From assembly GCA_963732695.1 (NCBI GenBank), contig CAVTAP010000016.1, positions 101,454 through 165,453 on the forward strand: a stretch of DNA of 64,000 bases, given 5' to 3'. The stretch is from an uncultured Actinomycetota bacterium (GTDB lineage: Bacteria; Actinomycetota; Acidimicrobiia; Acidimicrobiales; SZUA-35). The notes beneath the pieces were generated by a model. It saw nothing but the letters and a program-made list of their open reading frames with translations, had not been told where the DNA came from and did not search any database. Both the position numbers and the translations under genes were made by a program. The stretch's first letter is position 1; the number at the start of each line of letters is the position of its first letter. Shown here in pieces: positions 54,959 to 62,703 of this stretch.

Positions 54959-56221
54959 CTAGCCGACCTTGGAGTTCCAGTTGCGGGCGCCGCTCAATAC
55001 CTCGTTGAACGGCTTGTTGGTGTCGAAGCTGGGCTCCCGGGGCAGGCCGAGCACCCGCTCCCCGATGCCGTTGCGCTGCATCTCGTTCGTCCCCGCTGCG
55101 ATCGACGTGACCCGGCCGTTCAGATAGTTCAGCGCCGGGCGGCCGCCGTCCTCGTCGCCGGCGGCCCAGGCCAGCGCGGCCGGACCTCCCACCTCCATCC
55201 CCAGCCGGGCCCGGATCGGGGCCAGGACACCGGAGGCGAGCTTGCCGTAGGCCGCCACCGCCGGGTCGGGGGTGGCCTGCGCCCGCAACCGGTCGGCGAT
55301 GCGATGGCCCAGGTGGTACTGGGCGTAGTCGTTGATGTGGGCCTTGGCGATGGCCTGACGGGCCGCCGGATCGTCGACCCGGCCCACCTTGCGGGCCAGG
55401 GCCACCAGGTCGGGGGCCAGGGCCCGGGGCTCCACCATCGAGGCCCCCATCTCCCCCGCGCCCCGCTCGTACACCAGCATGGTCTGGGTGACGGCCCAGC
55501 CCTTGTTGACCTCGCCGATCACGTCGTCCTCGGTGACCTCCACCTCGTCGAGGAACTCTTCGCAGAACTCAGCGTTGCCGTTGATCTGGCGGATCTGGCG
55601 GACTTCCACCCCCTTGGCGTCGGTCGGGACGGCGAACCATGTGAGCCCCCGGTGCTTGGGGACCGACCAGTCGGTCCGGGCCAGGCACATGGCCCAGTCG
55701 GACAGGTAGGCGCCGCTCGACCAGATCTTCGACCCGCTGATGATCCACCGCTCGCCGTCCTGCACGGCCCGGGTGCGGATGCCGGCCAGGTCGGAGCCGG
55801 CCTCCGGCTCGGAATAGAACTGGCACCACACCTCGTCGCCCGACAGGATCGCCGGGATGTGCTGGCGGCAGAACTCCGGCGTGCAGTGGGCCACCAGCGA
55901 CCGGCCGATGGCGCCGAAGGTCACGCTGCCGGCCACGCCGAAGTCGGGCGTGTAGTAGCCGAGCGCCTCCTCCCGCCATACCCGCTCATGGAGCGCGGTG
56001 AGGCCCCGGCCCCCGTATTCGGCGGGGTAGGACAGACCGGCCCAGCCGGCGTCGAACAGCTTGCGCTGCAGCACCCGGGCCTTGGCGATGTCTTCGGGGG
56101 TGCTGGCCTCCCGCTCGAAGCGGCCGGTGGCCAGCGCCTTGGGCCGGGGCTCCAGGTTGGCCTTGATCCAGGCCCGGGCCTCCCGGCGGAACGTCTCGAT
56201 GTCGGTGTCGTTGCTGCTCAT
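54959..56221 (-). CDS. Acyl-CoA dehydrogenase family protein (start trimmed)
   Basis: From MSSNDTDIETFRREARAWI... ...CQFYSEPEAGSDLAGIRTRA..., with the C-terminus ...SIAAGTNEMQRNGIGERVLGLP. Confidence 0.9.
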   Translation of the reverse strand: MSSNDTDIETFRREARAWIKANLEPRPKALATGRFEREASTPEDIAKARVLQRKLFDAGWAGLSYPAEYGGRGLTALHERVWREEALGYYTPDFGVAGSVTFGAIGRSLVAHCTPEFCRQHIPAILSGDEVWCQFYSEPEAGSDLAGIRTRAVQDGERWIISGSKIWSSGAYLSDWAMCLARTDWSVPKHRGLTWFAVPTDAKGVEVRQIRQINGNAEFCEEFLDEVEVTEDDVIGEVNKGWAVTQTMLVYERGAGEMGASMVEPRALAPDLVALARKVGRVDDPAARQAIAKAHINDYAQYHLGHRIADRLRAQATPDPAVAAYGKLASGVLAPIRARLGMEVGGPAALAWAAGDEDGGRPALNYLNGRVTSIAAGTNEMQRNGIGERVLGLPREPSFDTNKPFNEVLSGARNWNSKVG

Positions 56222-56250
56222 GTCTCGTTCCTCGTCCCTCGTCCTCGTGC

Positions 56251-57378
56251 TCACAGCCCGGCCAGCTGGCACAGGCGCTCGCGGTGCCAGGCGGCGTCGC
56301 CGAACAGGCCGGCGTCGGTGGTGAGCCGCCGCAGGTACAGGTGCTGGTCGTGCTCCCACGTGTAGCCAATGCCGCCGAACACCTGGAAGCAGTTCTGGGC
56401 CAGCTCGATGGAGCTCTCCCCCACCAGCGCCTTGGCGATGCTGGCCGCCTCCACGCCGTAGTCGTCGTCCTCGCCCAGGGACCGGGCGGCCGCCCCCACC
56501 ACCGCCTTGGCCATCTCCACCGCCAGGCTCATGTCGGCCAGCACGTGCTTCACGGCCTGGAACGAGCCGATGGGCCGGCCGAAGGCGATCCGGTCCTTGG
56601 CGTATTCCACGGTCATGTTCAGCTCGTGGTCCATCGCCCCCACCGATTCGGCCGCCGTGAGCACGGCGGCCACGGCCAGCTGCCGGTCGAGCTGGTGTTC
56701 GATCGCGCCCGGCTGGCCGACCACGGCCGATGGGGTTACGGCCACGTTGTCGAAGCGCACCTCGGCGAACCGGCGGCTGATGTCCAGCGACTCGAGTTCG
56801 GTGACGGTGACGCCGGGGGCCCCCGCCGCCACCAGCGCCTGGGTCGGCCCGACGGCGGTGCCGGCCGTGACCAGCAGCCACGACGACGGCTCCACGTCCT
56901 GCACCGCCGTCTTGGCCCCGTTGAGCACCAGACCTCCGTCGGCCGTGACCTCGGCCGTCACCCCGCCGTCGGGCTCGCCGTTGGCACCGACGCTGGCCAC
57001 GGCCCACGACGCCGACACCTCGCCCGCCACCAGCGGGCCGAGCACCTGCTGGCGCAGCTTCTCGCTACCGGCGACGGCCACGGCCCGGGCCACCACGTTG
57101 GTGCCGATGTAGGAGCCGGGCTGGAGGAGCCCGCCCCGCTTGTAGGCGATGAGGGTGGCGTCGAGCACCCCGTTGCCGGAGATGCTGCCCCCGCCCATCT
57201 CCTCGGGCACGAGCATGGAGAACCAGCCGAGCTCGGCCGCCTGGCGGCGGTAGGAGGCGAGGAAGGCACCGTTGCGGGCCTCGGCGTCGCGGACCACGGT
57301 GAGCGGGCACGTCTGGCCCATGAAGCGTTCGGATACATCGAGCAGCGCCCGCTGGTCCTCGGTGACGTCGGTGTCCAC
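56251..57378 (-). CDS. Acyl-CoA dehydrogenase family protein
   Basis: The GTG at 57378 is preceded by a purine-rich SD-like stretch. ...IAFGRPIGSFQAVKH... and ...FGGIGYTWEHDQHLYLRR. Confidence 0.85.
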   Translation of the reverse strand: MDTDVTEDQRALLDVSERFMGQTCPLTVVRDAEARNGAFLASYRRQAAELGWFSMLVPEEMGGGSISGNGVLDATLIAYKRGGLLQPGSYIGTNVVARAVAVAGSEKLRQQVLGPLVAGEVSASWAVASVGANGEPDGGVTAEVTADGGLVLNGAKTAVQDVEPSSWLLVTAGTAVGPTQALVAAGAPGVTVTELESLDISRRFAEVRFDNVAVTPSAVVGQPGAIEHQLDRQLAVAAVLTAAESVGAMDHELNMTVEYAKDRIAFGRPIGSFQAVKHVLADMSLAVEMAKAVVGAAARSLGEDDDYGVEAASIAKALVGESSIELAQNCFQVFGGIGYTWEHDQHLYLRRLTTDAGLFGDAAWHRERLCQLAGL

Positions 57379-57513
57379 CTCTTCCCCTTCGGCGTCGGGT
57401 GACGCGCCGGACTTCGGCGCTCCGGCAATTCTGACCCCGCCCCCCGACCGGCCGTCCAATCCCCGGCGACGACGGTCGGTGCGGGCGCGGCCGGGTGGGC
57501 CGGGGCGGGCCGG

Positions 57514-59955
57514 TCAGCCGGAGCGGGTAGCGCGGGCCGGTGGGGCCAGGCCGTTCAGCTGGTCGACGGCTCCGGTGACGTCGCCCAACTCGGCGAAATC
57601 GACGGCGACGAAGCTCGGCAACCGGCCTCGCTCCGCCCGGCACTGCTGGGCCCGCTCGACGATGACGTCACGGCGGTTGAGGGCGGTCGCCTCGGCCCGG
57701 TCGGGCACCAGGCCCAGCACCCAGTGGTTGAGCAGGAACAGCTCGCCCCCCGAGCCGCCCCGCCCGGCGCCGCAGCTCAGGTCCGACGTCTGATGGATCC
57801 GGAACGGCGTCTCCTGGATGTGGTCGAAGGCGGGCCGGTACCAGGCCGGGCCCGGGCGGCCGGTCTCGGCGAACACGACCAGGCGGTGGCCGCTGTCGAC
57901 CATCTCCCCCAGCGTGGGCCAGCCCCCGTCGACGTCGCCGTCGAACAGGTAGCGGTCGAGCCCGGCCTCGTGGAAGGCGGCTTCGGTGTCGGCCGCCGAG
58001 ATGCCGTCCTGGACGATGAGGGTGACCACCTCGCCCGGGTTGTCGTCGAGGAAGGCCCGCACGTCGCCCAACCCGTCGGCCAGGGGCCGGGCCCCGAGCC
58101 CGCAGGCCAGGTGGCACAGCCAGGTGCCGGGCTGGCTGGCCGTCAGCGGCTCGAGGGCCCGGGTGAGCAGGGTGGCAGCGGGCGAGGGGGGTGCCACATC
58201 GGCCGCCAGCTGGCGCCGGCTCACCACGGGCTTCCAGTAGTGGGTGTCGATCAACAGGGCCCGGACACCGCCGTCGAGCTGGCCCCGGAGGTCGCGGCCC
58301 TGTTCGGGCCACACCCGCACCAGCCCCGGGCTCGACATGGCGTTGTGGGTGGCCGCCATCACCACCTGGCTGTAGGGCCGGTCACAGAGCTCGACGTGGC
58401 CGTTGCACGCCGCAACGGCGGGCTCGGCCGAGAGCAGCACCGTGGGCGGCCCGGCCAGGGTGGCGCTGCCCAGGGCGAGACCCAGCAGCCCGACGGCGGG
58501 CACCGGGCGGAGCCGGCCGTGACGACCGGCGGTGGCACCCACCGCCAGCACGGCACCGAGCCCGGCCAGCAGCACCACCCCCTGAGCGATGCGGAGATCG
58601 AAGCGGTCCAGCACCTTGCGCTCCACGTCGGCGGCCAGCTGGGCCGCTCCGCTGTCGGCCCGGGGGACGAGCACGGGCACCGGCACCGACGGGGTCGGGG
58701 TTCCCGGCACCGCCGAGGCGACTGCCGGCCCGCTCCCGGCGGCGGCCAATGAGGCCGCCGGCGTCAGTGCCCCCCGGGCGACGACGGCCCACACCACGCC
58801 GGCCGCCAGGCCTGCCACCACCAGGCTCAGGCCCACGGCCGTCACCGCGGCCGCCGGCTGTCGCCGGTGGCGGCGGGCGACCGCGGCGGCACCGGCCGCC
58901 ACCAGGCCGGCTCCGATCGCCGCCGTGCCCCACCCCAGCCGCCCGACGGCGGCCCGGAGCGTGTTCAACCGGGCCAGTGGGACGGGCCCCAAGTTGCCGG
59001 CCCGGTCGGAGACGGCCCGCACCATGGTGAGATCCCGACTCATGGTGCCGGGATCGCGGAGCTGGGCGGCCAGCGTGCGGGCCTCGCCCACCAGCACCGA
59101 GACGGCCGCCGTGATCAGGGCCTCCCGTTCCCGGCGCTCCCCCACCGCGTCCTCGATCCGGCTCCGGGTGCCGTCGTCCATCAGGGGGCCCAACCGGTCG
59201 AGCACGAGGCCGACGATGCGCTCGGGATCGAATTCGGTGCCGCCGTACACGGGCACCGACATCGGCACCCGTCCGGCCGCCAGCTCGTCGGCGAACGTCA
59301 TCACCAGCGTCTCGTAGGCTTCGAGCGAGTCCGCCACCTGGTCGGCGGTCCGGGCCAGCGTGGCCCGCAGCTCCGCCTCCCGGGGCTGGCCCAACCAGGC
59401 CACCAGGTCGGCCACGGTCACCTCGCCGTCCATGCGGGGCACGTCGCCCCGGAGGTAGGCCACGGTCTGGTCCACGGTCGTCTCGGCGCCGGCCCGGAGG
59501 CGGTCGGGCGGCAGGACGATATGCAGTGCCTGCACGGTGGCGGCCCGCACCTCCTGGCGTTCGGCCTCCGACGACGGGCCGAGCCGGCCGATGAGATCGC
59601 TCTGGCGGGCGGCCAGGCCGGGATCGGTCAGCACGTCGCTGTAGGTCCGCTCGTAGGCGTCGGCCGAGTCGAGGGCGTCGAGGTAGGTGGCCCGGTTGAG
59701 CAGCGTCGTCTGCACCAGCACCACGGCCGCCAGCAGCAGCGCCCCCACCGTCACGGCCACCGGCCCGGCCGCCCGCCCGACGGCGGCGATGACGTTCGAG
59801 GTCACGGCCCACTGTCTCACGGCCCCCGCCGGCACGGCCCCCGGCGGCACGGCCCGCGGTGAGGCGGCCCGGTGTGCGACAGCCCCGCCCCGCTGCTCCG
59901 GGGCGCCGGTGGCCCGGGAGCGAGGCGCCGGAACCTCAGGTTCGAACGCCTCCAT
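57514..59955 (-). CDS. Large membrane protein with a C-terminal PI-PLC-X-like (PLC-like phosphodiesterase) domain
   Basis: 813 aa with several hydrophobic helices in the N-terminal two-thirds. The C-terminal ...CDRPYSQVVMAATHNAMSS...GVRALLIDTHYW... resembles bacterial PLC-like phosphodiesterase domains. Confidence 0.65.
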   Translation of the reverse strand: MEAFEPEVPAPRSRATGAPEQRGGAVAHRAASPRAVPPGAVPAGAVRQWAVTSNVIAAVGRAAGPVAVTVGALLLAAVVLVQTTLLNRATYLDALDSADAYERTYSDVLTDPGLAARQSDLIGRLGPSSEAERQEVRAATVQALHIVLPPDRLRAGAETTVDQTVAYLRGDVPRMDGEVTVADLVAWLGQPREAELRATLARTADQVADSLEAYETLVMTFADELAAGRVPMSVPVYGGTEFDPERIVGLVLDRLGPLMDDGTRSRIEDAVGERREREALITAAVSVLVGEARTLAAQLRDPGTMSRDLTMVRAVSDRAGNLGPVPLARLNTLRAAVGRLGWGTAAIGAGLVAAGAAAVARRHRRQPAAAVTAVGLSLVVAGLAAGVVWAVVARGALTPAASLAAAGSGPAVASAVPGTPTPSVPVPVLVPRADSGAAQLAADVERKVLDRFDLRIAQGVVLLAGLGAVLAVGATAGRHGRLRPVPAVGLLGLALGSATLAGPPTVLLSAEPAVAACNGHVELCDRPYSQVVMAATHNAMSSPGLVRVWPEQGRDLRGQLDGGVRALLIDTHYWKPVVSRRQLAADVAPPSPAATLLTRALEPLTASQPGTWLCHLACGLGARPLADGLGDVRAFLDDNPGEVVTLIVQDGISAADTEAAFHEAGLDRYLFDGDVDGGWPTLGEMVDSGHRLVVFAETGRPGPAWYRPAFDHIQETPFRIHQTSDLSCGAGRGGSGGELFLLNHWVLGLVPDRAEATALNRRDVIVERAQQCRAERGRLPSFVAVDFAELGDVTGAVDQLNGLAPPARATRSG

Positions 59956-59962
59956 CGGCGAA

Positions 59963-59980
59963 TGCTACCGGCCGGTAGCA
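59963..59980. promoter_or_regulatory. Perfect 18-bp palindrome TGCTACCGGCCGGTAGCA in a divergent intergenic region
   Basis: Seen directly. It lies 8 nt upstream of the minus-strand start at 59955 and about 95 nt upstream of the plus-strand start at 60076. Confidence 0.45.
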
Positions 59981-60075
59981 GCAGAGCGTGAACCGGGGAT
60001 CCCGTTGCGGTGCCGACGGGGATGGTGCTCGTAGTATCTGCGGTGTCCGAATCGCAGCCGGGGAGGCTCGTTCCC

Positions 60076-61230
60076 ATGACCGACATCGCCGAGAAGGCCG
60101 CAGGGATCGTGGAGGCGTTGCGGGAGACCGACGCCGAGACCGAGTCGCTGCGCCGGGTGAGCGACGAAGCGGTGGCCCTCATGCAAGGCGCCGGCCTCAG
60201 CCTCATCGAGGCACCGGCCGCCTACGGCGGCTACCAGCTCTCACCCCGGGACCTCATCGAGGCCGAGCGGCTGGTGGCCCACGCCAGCCCGGCCGCCTCC
60301 TGGGTGCTGATGGTGTGCCAGGCCCACACCTTCATCGCCGGCCGGCTGCCCGAACAGGGCCAGGCCGAGGTGTTCGGCCCCGACCCCGGCGTGTTCATCC
60401 CCGGCGTCCCGTCCCGCCAGGGCACCTGCCAGAAGGCCGACGGGGGCTACCTGCTCAACGGGCGATGGCCGTTCGCCAGCGGGGCCGACCACGGCGACTG
60501 GTTGATGGTGGGCAGCCGGGGCGCCCGCAACGCCACCGGCGAGCCGTCGCCGGGCATGATCGTGGTGCTCCCCCGGGCCGACGTCGAGATCGACGACACC
60601 TGGTTCACCATGGGCATGCGGGGCACCGGCTCCAAGGACATCGTGCTGAGCGACGTGTTCGTGCCCGAGCACCGGGCGGTGCCCATGGCCGAGGCCTTCG
60701 TGGGCACGGTCCCCGGCGTCGAGGTGCCGCTCTACCGGCTGCCGGTGGCGGCGACCCTGGCCACCATGCTGCTGGGCTCGCTGGTGGGGATGAGCCAGCG
60801 GGGCCTGGAGCTGTTCGTCGAGGCCACCCGCACCCGGCGCGACGCGTACAGCGGCGAGCCCAAGATGTACAGCATCGGCCTCCAGCGGCGGGTGGCCGAG
60901 GCCAACGCCGAGATCGGGCTGGCCTGGACGCTGGCCCAGCAGAACTGCGATCTGCTGGAGGCGGCGATGGAACACGATCCGCCCATGGCCCCCGAGGCCC
61001 GGGCCCAGGTGCGATGGAACGCGGCCTACGCCGCCGAGCTGTGCCGCCGGGCGACGGACCGGCTCTACGCCGGGGCCGGAGCCAACGCCGCCCACAACAG
61101 CCACGCCATGCAGTCGGTGTTCCGCAACGTCAACACCGCCACCCACCACGCCATGCTCGACTTCGACTCCACGCTCGAGATCCAGGGCAAGATGCTGCTC
61201 GGCGTGGAGCAGCCCGACGCCACGATCTAG
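60076..61230 (+). CDS. Acyl-CoA-dehydrogenase-fold flavin-dependent oxygenase/dehydrogenase (ACAD type 2-like)
   Basis: From MTDIAEKAAGIVEALRE... It has the ACAD N, middle and C domains but no obvious CoA-ester catalytic base context. It resembles the two-component flavin monooxygenase oxygenase subunits. Confidence 0.7.
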   Translation: MTDIAEKAAGIVEALRETDAETESLRRVSDEAVALMQGAGLSLIEAPAAYGGYQLSPRDLIEAERLVAHASPAASWVLMVCQAHTFIAGRLPEQGQAEVFGPDPGVFIPGVPSRQGTCQKADGGYLLNGRWPFASGADHGDWLMVGSRGARNATGEPSPGMIVVLPRADVEIDDTWFTMGMRGTGSKDIVLSDVFVPEHRAVPMAEAFVGTVPGVEVPLYRLPVAATLATMLLGSLVGMSQRGLELFVEATRTRRDAYSGEPKMYSIGLQRRVAEANAEIGLAWTLAQQNCDLLEAAMEHDPPMAPEARAQVRWNAAYAAELCRRATDRLYAGAGANAAHNSHAMQSVFRNVNTATHHAMLDFDSTLEIQGKMLLGVEQPDATI

Positions 61231-61244
61231 CGTCCCCTCCCGGT

Positions 61245-61736
61245 CTACGCCTCGGCTTCGGCTTCCCGTTTGCGGTGGAGGCGGTGGGCGTCGGCCGGGA
61301 CCGGATAGACGCCTTCCTTCAGCTGCTCGTCCACCCGGGCCACGTCGGCCAGGGTGGAGGCGGCCAGCCGGTCGCAGAAGGCGCTGCGGCCGGCGCTCCA
61401 CACCTCGTGCAGGGCGCACACGTCGTCCCAGCGGCACGGGCCGCCCCGCAGTGCGCACTCCCCCAGATCGAGCGGACCCTCCAGCGCCTCCAGCACCTCG
61501 AGCACCGAGATGTCCTCCGGCGAGCGGGTGAGGGTGTAGCCGCCCCGCCGGCCGGCGGTGGACCGCACCAGGCCGCCGCGCTGCAACGACTGCAGCACCT
61601 GATGGAGGAAACCCTGGGGGATCCCCATCTCCCGTGAGATCTCGGCCGCCGTGACCAGCACCTCGGGATCATTGCCAGCCAGGCACACGGCGGCCCGCAT
61701 TCCGTAGTCAGAGCGCCGTGTCGTCACAATCTTCAT
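61245..61736 (-). CDS. Rrf2-family transcriptional regulator (three-Cys, cluster-binding type)
   Basis: From MKIVTTRRSDYGMRAAVCLA...ISREMGIPQGFLHQVLQSLQRGGLVRSTAGRRGGYTL. Cys triad in GECALRGGPCRWDDVCALH. Confidence 0.9.
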   Translation of the reverse strand: MKIVTTRRSDYGMRAAVCLAGNDPEVLVTAAEISREMGIPQGFLHQVLQSLQRGGLVRSTAGRRGGYTLTRSPEDISVLEVLEALEGPLDLGECALRGGPCRWDDVCALHEVWSAGRSAFCDRLAASTLADVARVDEQLKEGVYPVPADAHRLHRKREAEAEA

Positions 61737-61817
61737 CGAGCGTGCGTGCCTCCGCTTCGTCTGCTCCCACCGTACTTGGGACTTGGGACCTTCGACCCCA
61801 CCCACAACTTGAAGTAC

Positions 61818-61836
61818 CTATAGTGACAAACTATAG
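61818..61836. promoter_or_regulatory. AT-rich CTATAG-N7-CTATAG element between rrf2 and ctaC (candidate operator/promoter)
   Basis: ctatagtgacaaactatag. It is the most AT-rich stretch of this intergenic region and lies about 40 nt upstream of the probable ctaC start. Confidence 0.35.
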
Positions 61837-61875
61837 ATAGTGTCGCCGCTCAGGTCGACACGGGAGGTGTTGGGT

Positions 61876-62697
61876 GTGAGGAGGGAATGGCTCGTCGTAG
61901 GCGCCATATGGGCGGCGCTGACGGCCTTGGGCGAGTTCGTGGTGACCACGTGGACGATGCTTCCCGAGGGGTACTCCCGGGAGTCGCACGTGGTGAACGA
62001 GGCCTACGTGCTGCTGCTGGTGATGGCCGTGCCGGTGTTCGCCTTCATGGTGACGATGCTCGGCTACTCGATCGTGGCCTTCCGCCACCCGGGGGCGACC
62101 GAGGACGGCCCGAACCTGGGCAACAACAAGCGGGTGGTGTGGGTCTGGCTCGCCGTCACCGCCGCGCTCGACCTGGCCGTGCTGATCAACCCCGGCTTCG
62201 TGGGCCTGCGGGACATCCGGGGCACCCAGTCGGCCGACATGGCAATCCAGGTGGTGGGCCAGCGCTGGAGCTGGACCGTCACCTACGAGAACGGGGCCAC
62301 CAGCACCACCGAGATGGTGGTACCGGTCGACACCCGCATCCGCTTCGACGTCACCTCCACCGACGTGCTGCATTCGTTCTGGGTGCCCGGCTTCGGCCTC
62401 AAGGTCGACGCCGTACCCGGGCGCACCACGCAGATGTACGTCACCACCGAACGCACGGGTGACAACGCCGACGACAGCCGGCTCCGGGTGCAGTGCGCCG
62501 AGCTGTGCGGCCTCAGCCACGCCAACATGGCCATGACCGTGCGGGTGGTCGACCAGGCCGACTACGACGCCTGGGTGGAGAACCTGAAGAACAACCCGCC
62601 GGCCGCCGCCCAGCAGGCGGCGGAAGCGACGGCCACCACCACGGCCGGTCAACAGAGCGATCAGCAGGCGGGAGCCGCCGCCGGACAGGAAGGCTGA
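61876..62697 (+). CDS. ctaC: Cytochrome c oxidase subunit II
   Basis: CuA site ...VLHSFWVPGFGLKVDAVPG...CAELCGLSHANM. The GTG at 61876 lies 8 nt after GGGAGG. The track start at 61840 is also possible. Confidence 0.9.
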   Translation: MRREWLVVGAIWAALTALGEFVVTTWTMLPEGYSRESHVVNEAYVLLLVMAVPVFAFMVTMLGYSIVAFRHPGATEDGPNLGNNKRVVWVWLAVTAALDLAVLINPGFVGLRDIRGTQSADMAIQVVGQRWSWTVTYENGATSTTEMVVPVDTRIRFDVTSTDVLHSFWVPGFGLKVDAVPGRTTQMYVTTERTGDNADDSRLRVQCAELCGLSHANMAMTVRVVDQADYDAWVENLKNNPPAAAQQAAEATATTTAGQQSDQQAGAAAGQEG

Positions 62698-62703
62698 GCA
62701 CCA

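Noticed and set aside
56222-57007. Upstream part of the 682-aa minus-strand ORF
   Set aside because: It is off-frame over the neighbouring ACAD gene. ACAD homology begins at MSSNDTD (56221).
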